DNA of 63,749 bases. Source: a virus (Duplodnaviria > Caudoviricetes). Location: positions 1 to 63,749 of the IMG/VR virus record IMGVR_UViG_3300030390_001703. One strand, written 5' to 3'. The notes under the pieces are model-generated. The model was not told where the DNA came from and ran no database searches. It worked only from the letters and a program-made list of their open reading frames with translations. Shown here one piece after another: positions 37,909 through 47,565 of this stretch. Both the position numbers and the translations under genes were made by a program. How positions within the stretch are numbered: the first letter of the stretch is position 1; every line of letters starts with the position of its first letter.

Positions 37909-40142
37909 AACCATTCTGTTCCACCTACTCCGTTCATTGAATTGATAATTTGTTGAGGCGACCAATTCACCACCTCATATAGCGACATGACTTTCTTCAC
38001 GATGAAGCGTTCAACCATGATGCGATAACCGATCTTAGTGATACCTTCAATGTCGGACACATCATCGAAAGCGATATACTGTCCTTGCTCATTGATTGCT
38101 ACGTTAAAATAATCGCCCGACTTGTAGCCCTTGCCGAGATGCTTGTTAGCCCATGCTGCACCTGCGGCTGGTCCAGAAAGTGTGTCGTATTTGTCCAGGT
38201 TCTTCTTGAGCTTGCCTCGCATGAAAAGCTGGTCGCCATCCATACGCCCTGCTAAGGTATCGTTAATGACTGTGATAAGGTACTCATCGACATAGTGTTG
38301 ATCCTTCTGCATGAGCATAGCATCAAGTGTGAACTTCATAGCGTCCTTCATCACCATAGGCATTCGAGCCTGTATCAGCTCCAAGCCCTTGAGGTATGTC
38401 TGTGGCTCATGATAACCACCATCAGTCCATGATACCCTGCAAGCGTAGCGATTCTTAGCCTTGATGAAGAACGACGAACACCACTTCTCGAACTCTGTGA
38501 CGATAGGGAACATACGCTCGTTGATCTTAACGATGAGAGCCTCACCTATTTCTGGTGTGTCAATATCCACGAACACCGAATCAGTATGACCATATCTGCA
38601 CGTGTGACCGTATTCCTCGCATATATCCCGTAGTTCAAACAGGGTTTGACGTGAAGTGTATGTGATAGCTGAAGCTATTTCTGGGTGATACATACCGAAC
38701 TTAGAGTCACCACATATCCCGTACAGGCTGGCGACGAGGGACTTCATAGCGTGTTGCATAGCGTCCCAAGTAGCCTTGTTTTCTGTATCAGTCTTCATGA
38801 GAACTTTGTATTCGTTCCTTGCTTCTGTCAACTTATCCATCGTGCGAACAAGTAGTCCCTTGCTTTCCTGTGTGAAGCATGATCCGTTGCCACAGTCCAC
38901 ACCGTTCTCATCTAAGGTGTCCCACGATATGTTAGCCTTCTCTGCGTTGCTGTGGTACATGGCCTTAACGTCCATGATGCCGACATTAGGATAGATGCCA
39001 GGCACAGGCTCTTGAATATCCGCACCAGGGTATTCCACTTTTCCGAACTGTGGTTTGCTTGGTATCTGTCGATCAAAGTCCTTATCCATGATGAACAGAC
39101 TTGTAGCGAGCTTGGTGACGAGGGGGGTGTCACGAAAGCGGATTTGACAAGCATGAGCAAGTGAGATGTAGTGTTCGCTCACGTTAAGCAAGGCATCAAG
39201 CCGAGGCATGAGTTCCACATCGAGTAAGTTGTAGTCGAGATATGTTCCTACATCTGTATAGAAGGTGTCGTGGCCGTCTGGAAGCTCCAACTTGCGCTCT
39301 TTCAAAGCCTCCCACGCTACATTATCCAGCTTCTTTGAGGCTAATTGTCCGTGTTTTAGAACCCATAACTTCTCGAAGGCAGTCATCAAATCCATGCAGA
39401 CTACACCAGGGATGGGTTGATCCCAATCCATGTACTCGAAGCGGTGCTTCTTGTACGGAGATAAGTCACCTGGGTTTAGACCACAGGCTTTCATTCGCTG
39501 CGCTATCTGCTTAATATCAGCCCATTGTAAAGCCCAACCGATAATCATGTCTGGATCAAGACGACGAAGATGTTTAGCGAAGTGTTCGAGTAAGTCACGC
39601 TCACTGTTGAAAGCTATGAGGTGAGTCTTGTAGTCAATGTGAGTCTTGCCTTCGGGATGATTCTTACAGTCGATACGCTGGTGTGTCCCTGCTGCTATCT
39701 CATCTGGCTTCTGCACCCATTGGTACATTCGACCTGTGTAGTTGTCGTACAGAGCGAGGATAGTGATTTCACCAGACTCGATCTTCCATTCGCCATCAAG
39801 GTACACCTTGCGCCACTTGTACTGCGGGATAGGTGTTGGTCGGTCAGCAAGGACTCTGTTAGGGAATGGTATGTTAGCCTCCCACGTCTTGATTCGGTTG
39901 TCTTTGACGAACTGCCTCATGTCGTATGGGTCGCCAAAGGTGATCTTGACAAGTTCCTCGCCGTAAAGTCCTGTGAATCCAGGCTGTGCGTCAATCCATT
40001 GTTTAGGGATGCGTTGAGAATCTTCGACTGCGATGAAGCAATAAGGGATTATGTCTTTGACCTTCTCGTTGATGCGTTGATTTGTCTTAGGATCACGGTA
40101 GCGAAGTCCTACGGTTCTCCCTCTCAATTGGTCGGCCAGCAT
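37905..40142 (-). CDS. polB: Family B DNA polymerase
   Basis: Exo motifs DGE, WAD, YNLLD; pol motifs DVKAMYHS, KSLVASLYG, YGHTDS, KNRY, KGLE. Confidence 0.92.
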   Translation of the reverse strand: MLADQLRGRTVGLRYRDPKTNQRINEKVKDIIPYCFIAVEDSQRIPKQWIDAQPGFTGLYGEELVKITFGDPYDMRQFVKDNRIKTWEANIPFPNRVLADRPTPIPQYKWRKVYLDGEWKIESGEITILALYDNYTGRMYQWVQKPDEIAAGTHQRIDCKNHPEGKTHIDYKTHLIAFNSERDLLEHFAKHLRRLDPDMIIGWALQWADIKQIAQRMKACGLNPGDLSPYKKHRFEYMDWDQPIPGVVCMDLMTAFEKLWVLKHGQLASKKLDNVAWEALKERKLELPDGHDTFYTDVGTYLDYNLLDVELMPRLDALLNVSEHYISLAHACQIRFRDTPLVTKLATSLFIMDKDFDRQIPSKPQFGKVEYPGADIQEPVPGIYPNVGIMDVKAMYHSNAEKANISWDTLDENGVDCGNGSCFTQESKGLLVRTMDKLTEARNEYKVLMKTDTENKATWDAMQHAMKSLVASLYGICGDSKFGMYHPEIASAITYTSRQTLFELRDICEEYGHTCRYGHTDSVFVDIDTPEIGEALIVKINERMFPIVTEFEKWCSSFFIKAKNRYACRVSWTDGGYHEPQTYLKGLELIQARMPMVMKDAMKFTLDAMLMQKDQHYVDEYLITVINDTLAGRMDGDQLFMRGKLKKNLDKYDTLSGPAAGAAWANKHLGKGYKSGDYFNVAINEQGQYIAFDDVSDIEGITKIGYRIMVERFIVKKVMSLYEVVNWSPQQIINSMNGVGGTEWL

Positions 40143-40180
40143 AATACAACCGACCTACTACGACAATATAAGGGTGTTTA

Positions 40181-40492
40181 TCAGCCCTGCTTTCTGCCTC
40201 TTGATCGTGCGGGTATGTTGTGCTGTCGAAGCCAATACTGAATCGTCATGGAGCTAACCCCACATTGGCTTGCTATGTCAGCAAGAGTTCGAGATTGAGA
40301 AACATAAGCACTGAATAACCACTCTGGGTCTTGGTACAGTGCTTCGACAGGTTGTATGCCGTATTTAGCTACCAAGAATACATCAGCTTGACAGTTCGTG
40401 CATGATTGTACGATTCTTGATTCGCTCATTGGGATTTCTAATTGCTTGTCGAACTCAACGTGGTTCCCGCAGCTCGGACATGATACTCGCAT
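40181..40492 (-). CDS. Zn-ribbon plus HTH protein
   Basis: CPSC, CTNC, then TLADIASQCGVSSMTIQYWL. Confidence 0.8.
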   Translation of the reverse strand: MRVSCPSCGNHVEFDKQLEIPMSESRIVQSCTNCQADVFLVAKYGIQPVEALYQDPEWLFSAYVSQSRTLADIASQCGVSSMTIQYWLRQHNIPARSRGRKQG

Positions 40493-40530
40493 ATTAAACC
40501 CCATTAGAATGAACATTATAAGGTGTCGCA

Positions 40531-40692
40531 CTAACGCATTGATTTCTTTTTGTTCATGCCCTGGTTATCTCGCTCACAATCAATACAAATCATACGACCT
40601 GTACCTTCTTCGTGAAACAGAAGCGGTGTACGCGCACCACACTTAGCGCATTTGTCAGTATCACGATCTGCCGTGAAAGCGTTTTGTGGCAT
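40531..40692 (-). CDS. Small Zn-finger protein (53 aa)
   Basis: Manual translation MPQNAF...CAKC...CIDC. Confidence 0.55.
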   Translation of the reverse strand: MPQNAFTADRDTDKCAKCGARTPLLFHEEGTGRMICIDCERDNQGMNKKKSMR

Positions 40693-40701
40693 TAGCTCCC
40701 C

Positions 40702-41514
40702 TCACATGAGGATAGAAGCCTGGAACACATATCCGTCGCCCCAAGCGTCAAGGATCAGGCGAATGCCTTGTCCTTCTGCTCGGAAGTCGATGAAGTGTAG
40801 CCGAATCTCACCGTCAAGGTTCTTCAGCACGTTCTCAAGACCACCCTCGAAAGTAGCGACCCATGCTTCAACAGGTTCTCCTGGTGTGACTTCAAACGTA
40901 GTGTTTGTTTGTCCCTTGAGTTCGTCGCCTGTGGCAACCGTGAGAACATTGTTGTCGTATGAGAGGTTGTAGCGGTTGAGCTTCTGTCCGTTCATGTTGT
41001 CGCAGCGGAACGCTTCAAAGAGTTCTGTGCTGTTGATGGCCCAAGTCATGAATGCCTTGCGTTCTGTCCCATCACGGAGCTTGTAAGCACCGTTCTGGTC
41101 AATCTGTGCGGCAAGTCCCAGGCTCTTATCGTGCCACTCGCCAATTGTTTCTGTTGAGTGGGGGAAAGCCAAACCGCCTTTGTCGCTGATGATTGTCGTT
41201 TGCTTTGAGCCAGACTTGATGCGGAGCTTTGATCCATCGACGGAGAGGGTTAGGTCTGCGCTGTGGAACTTGAGAACTCCAAGCAGTCGGTCAATGTCTG
41301 GAACTGCAATCTGTCCTGTTCCCTCGGCAGAGATGCCGAAGTGGGAAAGGGAAGTCTTGCCGTCACGAACCAAGCTGGTTGTAGTGCAGCGTTGTTCTTT
41401 GAAGTCAAGAATACAAGCAGCAACTTGAGATTGTGGCTTACCTGCTACAACCTGTGGGCGTTTCGTTAGTTCGAGAAGTCGGGCTAATCCTGTGTTTGAT
41501 ACTGTCATTGTCAA
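40702..41514 (-). CDS. Putative sliding clamp (divergent PCNA-like)
   Basis: 270 aa, two similar beta-alpha-beta halves (LARLLEL / LFEAFRC; LLGVLK / LENVLK), near PolB and RFC. Fold inferred. Confidence 0.6.
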   Translation of the reverse strand: MTMTVSNTGLARLLELTKRPQVVAGKPQSQVAACILDFKEQRCTTTSLVRDGKTSLSHFGISAEGTGQIAVPDIDRLLGVLKFHSADLTLSVDGSKLRIKSGSKQTTIISDKGGLAFPHSTETIGEWHDKSLGLAAQIDQNGAYKLRDGTERKAFMTWAINSTELFEAFRCDNMNGQKLNRYNLSYDNNVLTVATGDELKGQTNTTFEVTPGEPVEAWVATFEGGLENVLKNLDGEIRLHFIDFRAEGQGIRLILDAWGDGYVFQASILM

Positions 41515-41520
41515 TTTTCA

Positions 41521-41724
41521 TCACCTGTTTTTTATTTTTAAGCAAGCCTTACAATCGGGCTTGGAGTCTGTAAAGGATAACTTGCTGCCAGAAGTGGGAG
41601 AAAACCCACGACATAACACCAAGTATTGATTGCCGAGTTTTTGGATTCGGTGTATTTTGCCTCGCTGTTTGACTGTTGCAGCAAGATAACGAGCTTGTGG
41701 GGGGATCAAGAGAGCCACCACCAA
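41521..41724 (-). CDS. Small Cys/His protein
   Basis: KIH...LC...CKAC pattern; fits operon gap. Confidence 0.55.
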   Translation of the reverse strand: MVVALLIPPQARYLAATVKQRGKIHRIQKLGNQYLVLCRGFSPTSGSKLSFTDSKPDCKACLKIKNR

Positions 41725-41891
41725 TCGGCAAGAGGTTCATTGTGGAAAGTAGCAAGACGTTGTGCTATGTGTTCGACTGCTCGCTTCATGCTCAAAGCCT
41801 TAGCAACCTCTCCCATGAGTTCTTGTACTTCGGATTCAAGTTGGTCGATTTGCTTCTGGAGGTCTTCGACGGTCGGGATTTCATCATCCAT
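41706..41891 (-). CDS. Small coiled-coil protein
   Basis: Heptad repeat, GGTGGTGA RBS. Confidence 0.65.
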   Translation of the reverse strand: MDDEIPTVEDLQKQIDQLESEVQELMGEVAKALSMKRAVEHIAQRLATFHNEPLADWWWLS

Positions 41892-41895
41892 AGAA

Positions 41896-42867
41896 TCACC
41901 ACCTTAGTTCGGGTATTCCAGACCAAACAACTTCGCCGTTCTTGACGGTGAGGATCGTGCGTTCTTGTCCGATTAAATCCATTCCTTGACCCTTGACTTC
42001 TTCGATGCGGGCTTTGATAGCGAACTCGCCATCATTGAGAGTCTTGTCAGCATAGACACCAGCGGAGCTGTCTGCTCGCTTTTGGTATCGACCCATGAAC
42101 AATTGCTGGCTCATGATTCGCTGTGTTCCTTCGACCCAATCTGGCTTCTCTCCAACCTTCATCAATCCTTTAGCTCCGTTGCCGAGGTCAGCGAATTGCT
42201 TGTTGTCCTTGAGATGGAAGGTGAAGTACACCTTGTCGATTGGTAGTCCGTGAACTCTGGTGATTGTGTCACGGAACAATTTGTTGCGTGTGCGCCATTC
42301 AGCTTGGTTGAACCTGTCACCGTCTTCGACGTTGATTGGGTTCTTTGAGCGATTCATCAAGAACCATGTCATAGCGTTCTCGCACCACTTCATGTATGTT
42401 GATCCACCATCAAAGATAACGGCTGCAAAGTCGCCTGGGTTTTCTTGGATTTCTTGAGCCATGAGATTGACAAAGGCATTTGTCTTGTCGATCAATGCGG
42501 GCCACTTCACGGACATATCTTCGTTGAAGATGGAGTCGTCTGTCAAGTCCAAGAGAGGTAGGATCAGAATGTTCTCGTCACCAGGGTAGGTGTGATTGAC
42601 AGTTTCGGATGCCGAGTTGTCGAAGTCGAAGATAACGACTTTCTTACCCTGCTTGATCTGTTCATCACTTCGAGATAGGTAAAGAGCAAGACCCGTCTTG
42701 GCCGTGTTCTCTTTGCCTACAAGAGCCATGCGTTGTTGAGGAACCGCTGCCTTCTTCTTGTTGAAGAGGTTACGGTAGTAGTCCACTCCGTAGTCGTTGG
42801 TAGCTTCTGGAGCTTTACCTTCTCCTGCTGTGGCTGCTTTACCACCGTCGCCGCCCCAAGCCGCCAT
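41896..42867 (-). CDS. RecA-superfamily ATPase (RadA/Sak4-like recombinase)
   Basis: Walker A variant GKENTAKT, IFDFD, Walker B VIFDG; next to SSB. Confidence 0.75.
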   Translation of the reverse strand: MAAWGGDGGKAATAGEGKAPEATNDYGVDYYRNLFNKKKAAVPQQRMALVGKENTAKTGLALYLSRSDEQIKQGKKVVIFDFDNSASETVNHTYPGDENILILPLLDLTDDSIFNEDMSVKWPALIDKTNAFVNLMAQEIQENPGDFAAVIFDGGSTYMKWCENAMTWFLMNRSKNPINVEDGDRFNQAEWRTRNKLFRDTITRVHGLPIDKVYFTFHLKDNKQFADLGNGAKGLMKVGEKPDWVEGTQRIMSQQLFMGRYQKRADSSAGVYADKTLNDGEFAIKARIEEVKGQGMDLIGQERTILTVKNGEVVWSGIPELRW

Positions 42868-44108
42868 CAAGCATCCCATCCTGTTGAGGTGGATTCATCA
42901 GCTTCTTCCGGTGCTGGTGCAGCAGAGGCGATTGAGTCACAGACCCACCATGCGGTTGAGTCCATTCGGCATTCGTCATCACGGCTGATCCATGCTCGAC
43001 CAACGACTGCAATTTCCGAGCCAACGCCGAAGTCCATACGGAACTCATGCTCTGCTGGAACATAGACGTCGATTGAAGGTGCAGTTGAGGTTATGTCAAG
43101 GTCGCCAACGGTGACGATGTAGCCGCCCTTCTCGCGTGGGTCGATGTGAACGACTTCGCCGTGAACAGCACAGAGCTTGTCCCACTTCTGGTCGGTGTCA
43201 GCCCACTTGGTAACGTGTTCTGGAAGCAAGTCGAAGGAAGGAAGGAAGTCGCCTTGAGGCCAAACACCATCAACGAGATCAACGATGAGGCCATTTGCTC
43301 CTTCTGCGCTAACAGCGAAAGGAGGTGCAGCGAAGACAGTTGCGAGGGATTCGTCAATGACGAACTTGGTGACACCAGGCTTTGCGTAGCCCACACCGTT
43401 GCGACCCATGCGAACAGGCAAGCGACCTGGTACGAAGGTTGGTTGGTTCTCAAGAGCAAGGTCGTTCTCGAACTTAATCGTGATGAGTTCCACATCAGCA
43501 GAACCACGCTTGCCGAGGAACAGGCACTCACGAACAGGTTCGGACAGCTTGCGAGCGCGACCATATCGAGGGTTTGCATCTCCGCTTTGGAAAGTTGGCA
43601 TGGTGTTGTTCTCAATGATCTGGAACCATGTGGAAGCGTCGAGTTCTTGCACGTGCTTTGGCAAGGAGTGGATCACGATTTCACTTGTTTCTTCTTCAAG
43701 AGAAGAGAGTTTGAAAGTCGGGTTGACGGTGTGAGTGAACGAGCCATCAAGGTTGTCTTCAATCAAAGTGATTCGACCTTGAGCGACGAGTGCAGTTCTG
43801 GCAACTTCGTCAAGAGTACCAAGTGTGTTCTTCATCTTGGCATATCCAGACTTGGAGAAGTCCTTGTATCGAGGAGCTGAAACGAACATTCCTGTAAGAA
43901 CTTCTGCGCCACTGCGAGAGAGTCGTTGAGCTTCTGCTTTGAGTTGACGACCTGCAACCCGAATCGCAAGGATCGAGCATTCGTCTTCAGTCTTGTTGGC
44001 AGCAGTCCAAGCCGATTTGTTCTCGACCAGCACTTCTGTAATTCGGGCGTTCAAGGTATCAAGTGTGACACCGACATTCTTTGCTACTGTTTCTTTAAGT
44101 TCCGACAT
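42867..44108 (-). CDS. Putative single-stranded DNA-binding protein (RPA/OB fold)
   Basis: OB-like C-terminal domain (GEVV...VGD...VGSEIAVVG), acidic tail ending GWDA, biased codons. Confidence 0.6.
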   Translation of the reverse strand: MSELKETVAKNVGVTLDTLNARITEVLVENKSAWTAANKTEDECSILAIRVAGRQLKAEAQRLSRSGAEVLTGMFVSAPRYKDFSKSGYAKMKNTLGTLDEVARTALVAQGRITLIEDNLDGSFTHTVNPTFKLSSLEEETSEIVIHSLPKHVQELDASTWFQIIENNTMPTFQSGDANPRYGRARKLSEPVRECLFLGKRGSADVELITIKFENDLALENQPTFVPGRLPVRMGRNGVGYAKPGVTKFVIDESLATVFAAPPFAVSAEGANGLIVDLVDGVWPQGDFLPSFDLLPEHVTKWADTDQKWDKLCAVHGEVVHIDPREKGGYIVTVGDLDITSTAPSIDVYVPAEHEFRMDFGVGSEIAVVGRAWISRDDECRMDSTAWWVCDSIASAAPAPEEADESTSTGWDA

Positions 44109-44146
44109 TGTTAATCAATCCGTTGTATTCCTGCCGACAGAGAACA

Positions 44147-44163
44147 CCCTTATAATGATTCTT
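44147..44163 (-). promoter_or_regulatory. Putative promoter AAGAATCATTATAAGGG
   Basis: 17 bp identical to 47112-47128. Confidence 0.7.
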
Positions 44164-44174
44164 GTAAAACAAGG

Positions 44175-44444
44175 TCATTCTTTAAAGTCTGGGTGCTTAA
44201 AATCATCACCGAACTCATCTAATTCTTGCATGATGTGAGTTGCGACGTGAGCTTGAGATGCGTTATGAACAAGAGAAGTAGGACCAAGACAAGCCCAATC
44301 GCACAGATCGCAGGTTCCTTTCACGATGAACTCATTGAATAGGACTATGCCGTTGATCCTAAGCACAGGTATTGTATCTCCGACTTCATACCTGGTGCCG
44401 TCTGGGTGTAGCCAATAATCTTCGGGTCCAGCAATCATAACCAT
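44175..44444 (-). CDS. Small C2H2-like Zn-finger protein
   Basis: CDLC...H...H. Confidence 0.6.
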   Translation of the reverse strand: MVMIAGPEDYWLHPDGTRYEVGDTIPVLRINGIVLFNEFIVKGTCDLCDWACLGPTSLVHNASQAHVATHIMQELDEFGDDFKHPDFKE

Positions 44445-45223
44445 TCCCTCCTGTCTAATGTTCCTAAAGGAGAACTAACAACCTTCTCTCTCCATGCTAA
44501 TGCAAACCCAAGACAATTAGCGCACGACTTTCTCTTGGATAGGTTGTTGGATTTGCACCAATCGCACCTCTCACCAACACCCATTCGTGCTGCGTAAGAC
44601 CAGGCCATCGAATCTGCCGACTGTAAGTATTGTCCGTACTTGGATAAGCCGCTTGTCTTGACCCCAAATCCGTGAATGTTATCAAGCCCAAGCTCGTAAA
44701 GCTGGCTCATAATAGCTTCAATCTCATACGTTGCTTGTCTTCGACATACTGATCCTACACCGACTGTGGATTCCTTAGTCAAATCAATACCTGCTTCTTT
44801 GTATTGCTCGAAACAATTTGAGTAGTCACGCATAGTCCATCCCTGGAGTACAGGAACAAAAGGCAAGTCTGGAGCTGTGTCACGAAGATAAAGAAAGTTC
44901 TCAACGGTTAGGTCTTGGTGATCTTGAACTGTAAGTCCTGTCTTCTCTGTCATGTGTGGTTCAACCATCCAATCTTGAGGTGCAGCCCAATTCAAACCGC
45001 CCCAATCCATGTAGCGACCAACATCTGCTATGTATTCATCTGGAGTTATGATCCACTTCCCATGTTTAGCTATCTCGCTAAACCCGCCAGAATCTAACGA
45101 CCATTCACAGGTCGGTTGTCGATTTATCTTAGGTTGTCGTAGCAGTCGTTTGTAACTTATGAAAAGAGGAACTTCGGTTTTCTCAAGCATAGGAGGTTCG
45201 TGAACGCCGAGATAGAACTTCAT
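44435..45223 (-). CDS. tRNA-guanine transglycosylase-like (DpdA-related) base-exchange enzyme
   Basis: LDSGGFS, PQDW, PVLQG, GVGS, HGFG, SADS motifs of the TGT barrel; start MKFYLG at 45223. Confidence 0.78.
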   Translation of the reverse strand: MKFYLGVHEPPMLEKTEVPLFISYKRLLRQPKINRQPTCEWSLDSGGFSEIAKHGKWIITPDEYIADVGRYMDWGGLNWAAPQDWMVEPHMTEKTGLTVQDHQDLTVENFLYLRDTAPDLPFVPVLQGWTMRDYSNCFEQYKEAGIDLTKESTVGVGSVCRRQATYEIEAIMSQLYELGLDNIHGFGVKTSGLSKYGQYLQSADSMAWSYAARMGVGERCDWCKSNNLSKRKSCANCLGFALAWREKVVSSPLGTLDRREWL

Positions 45224-46128
45224 TCGCACAGCAACCTGCAAAAGTTATGAGCAACAATCAATGGATCAACACCCATCAATATATCACGCTCGCTTTGAAT
45301 TGCAGCATCTAAGACCTTTACTTTGTTTGATTGACTTGCTGGTGAGTCCATAGCATAGAGGAATACTTCTCTCACACGTTCTCTGGTAAGTGCTGGCCTG
45401 TTTTCAATAAGGGCTGTGACTGATTTCTGGACTACCTTCTCGCTCATACATAGACGAAGAACAAGGTCGGCATCGAATCCAGACGACTCAAGTTCTGCTA
45501 TGAACTTACGAAGTGACTTTGGTTCAAGGTACGCTGCCTTCTGTAAAGCTCCGATACTGTTCCTTAGATCGCCACGATGCTTCTTTGCTATCACTTTGAT
45601 AGCATGAGCATCAACCTCAACGCCTTCATACGCTGCGACGGTAGCCAAGCGTTGCTCAACAAGTTCAGCAGAGATAGGCTCGAAGGTTCGGACTTGGCAT
45701 CGTGATTGTAGCCAGGGCGATACCTTGCTAAGATCGTTGCACGTGAGAATGAAGTAGCCTTGAGCATCTTCGATGACTCCCTTCAAAGCATCTTGAGCTT
45801 GAGGTGTGAGGCGGTCTGCCTCATCTAAGAAAAAGACTGTTTCCCATTGACCGATTCTCGACATAGGAATGATGTACTCTTCAATGAACTCAATGCCTCT
45901 GGTTTTCTTCGAGGATGCGTTGAACTTGTGGAGCTGCCAGCCGAGGACTTCAGCGACGATGTAAGCAAGTGTTGTCTTGCCCGTTCCAGGCTCGGATGAA
46001 TTGAATAGAAAATGTTGCATAGGTGCTTTGCCTTCAAGGATCAGACGAACCTCTTCGACTATGCTCTCTTGACCCATGAATCCGTCAAGGGTCTTTGGTC
46101 TGTGCTTCTCCCACCATATCTCTTTCAT
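45220..46128 (-). CDS. rfcS: Replication factor C small subunit (clamp loader)
   Basis: WEKHRPKTL, GTGKTT, NAS, LDEAD, QSRC, GDLR. Confidence 0.93.
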   Translation of the reverse strand: MKEIWWEKHRPKTLDGFMGQESIVEEVRLILEGKAPMQHFLFNSSEPGTGKTTLAYIVAEVLGWQLHKFNASSKKTRGIEFIEEYIIPMSRIGQWETVFFLDEADRLTPQAQDALKGVIEDAQGYFILTCNDLSKVSPWLQSRCQVRTFEPISAELVEQRLATVAAYEGVEVDAHAIKVIAKKHRGDLRNSIGALQKAAYLEPKSLRKFIAELESSGFDADLVLRLCMSEKVVQKSVTALIENRPALTRERVREVFLYAMDSPASQSNKVKVLDAAIQSERDILMGVDPLIVAHNFCRLLCE

Positions 46129-46397
46129 ATCTCATCACCTTCTATTTGGTATCTGGTTCTCTCGGACTGTTCAGCTTGCGTGATCCACTTGCCTTTGCAT
46201 TCTTCACCGTCTTTATTCATGTAGCAATACTCACCAAAGCATCTGCGAATCTGGTAAATGTGTCCGTTATGGTTGTATGCTATGAATCCCCAGGAGTCCG
46301 AATCCCAACAGGTTGTGCAAGCAAAGGTTAGTGCAGCGTAAATCTTTCCGTCACCGTCTGGTTTCGATACAGGAACGTTGCGAGGGAGGCGAGGCAT
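46125..46397 (-). CDS. Small Cys-rich protein
   Basis: Start MPRLPR after GGTGA; CTTC...C...C...C. Confidence 0.55.
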   Translation of the reverse strand: MPRLPRNVPVSKPDGDGKIYAALTFACTTCWDSDSWGFIAYNHNGHIYQIRRCFGEYCYMNKDGEECKGKWITQAEQSERTRYQIEGDEI

Positions 46398-46401
46398 ACA
46401 A

Positions 46402-46737
46402 TCACCACTCTTCGTCGTAGTCTGGTTCACGGTCTGCTTGAGCGTCACGGATCATGTCTTGCTCTCGCTCCCAATCATGCTCTGCTCTCATGTCCCAACC
46501 AATGTGTTCATCAGCTTTGGTCTTGTCACATACTTCGACAATATAAGCGAGTAGTTTGTATGGTGCATAGCGTTGAATGACTACGAACTTATCCTCTTCA
46601 ATCTTCAATACTCTCATACCACTTCGAGTAAAGCTATGAACAATTGCATAGTTCTCTTGGTTTTCTTGTAAATCAACAAACCATTGAGGCAGATTGTCTG
46701 TTGGTATCTGTTCCTTAAATCCTATCTTTGGTATCAT
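46402..46737 (-). CDS. Hypothetical protein
   Basis: Start MIPKIG after GGTGA; operon fit. Confidence 0.6.
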   Translation of the reverse strand: MIPKIGFKEQIPTDNLPQWFVDLQENQENYAIVHSFTRSGMRVLKIEEDKFVVIQRYAPYKLLAYIVEVCDKTKADEHIGWDMRAEHDWEREQDMIRDAQADREPDYDEEW

Positions 46738-46738
46738 A

Positions 46739-47092
46739 TCATTCACCGTAAAGCATCCACATTCGAGCGTGGTGTTCATGAGCATAGCCCATGACTTCAT
46801 GTTCGCAACCGTAGCAAGTCATCTTACCGCCGAGTCTGTTCGTGGTTGGGTCATCGCATAGGTGGCATCGAGTTTGGTATGGCTGTGGTTGGGGGCGCAT
46901 CCTTGATCCACCGCACGAAGGGCAACCGTCACCACAACACTTCTGCTGAATTGTACTGTTGCAGAAACCACAAGCCAGGACAAAGTTAGCGGGGTTGCCT
47001 TCGTCATCTCTGGTAGTAGCATTCTTGTGTGTGTCATGATTCGTTCTCCACTTGTTACAGTCGAGGCACTTACCTACCCATTCCACAGCCAT
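46739..47092 (-). CDS. Multi-CxxC Zn-finger protein
   Basis: Start MAVEW below promoter; five or more CxxC pairs. Confidence 0.65.
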   Translation of the reverse strand: MAVEWVGKCLDCNKWRTNHDTHKNATTRDDEGNPANFVLACGFCNSTIQQKCCGDGCPSCGGSRMRPQPQPYQTRCHLCDDPTTNRLGGKMTCYGCEHEVMGYAHEHHARMWMLYGE

Positions 47093-47111
47093 AACAAGGC
47101 GTATGCGCCAG

Positions 47112-47128
47112 CCCTTATAATGATTCTT
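47112..47128 (-). promoter_or_regulatory. Putative promoter AAGAATCATTATAAGGG
   Basis: Identical to 44147-44163. Confidence 0.7.
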
Positions 47129-47522
47129 ACAAACGCTGACAGAACAAGCAGGTTTGCTCACCGTCTTCGATCAAACGAATGAGCTTGCATTCAGTACAAC
47201 GCCTGGTTTGCTCTTTCAATCGAGGTGATAAATGAGAGTAGGGGGTAGTGTTCTCGACGTCTTGTAGTACGATGATGACTTGTCGGTTCACGTCGTAAAG
47301 CGTTTGATGTTCCCATCCGTTGTGCTTTTGCACCTTCGTAGTGCCGACAGCTTCGACTTGCATTGTTCTTGAAAGCAAAGCTGTGATCCGCTGTTGGGAA
47401 GGTACAACTCGAACTCCACTTGACCCATGCAACTTATCTCGAAGCTCGTCAATTGTCATCGGTCCGTCATGGAATAGAAGGTCAATAGCAGCCGAGCGAA
47501 TCCTGGTATTGTTTGACCCCAT
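47127..47522 (-). CDS. Winged-helix plus Zn-finger protein
   Basis: GPMTIDEL...PS...I..LL pattern; CTEC and CLFC. Confidence 0.65.
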   Translation of the reverse strand: MGSNNTRIRSAAIDLLFHDGPMTIDELRDKLHGSSGVRVVPSQQRITALLSRTMQVEAVGTTKVQKHNGWEHQTLYDVNRQVIIVLQDVENTTPYSHLSPRLKEQTRRCTECKLIRLIEDGEQTCLFCQRL

Positions 47523-47565
47523 TCAAGTAAGGCTATGTTAAACAGTAAATCAACCCTCGGTCTAT

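Noticed and set aside
37905-37916. EWL ending as a by-product of a GAATGGTTATGA coupling sequence
   Set aside because: That exact DNA occurs at only two of seven genes; the rest use other codons and stops, and some have no overlapping start.
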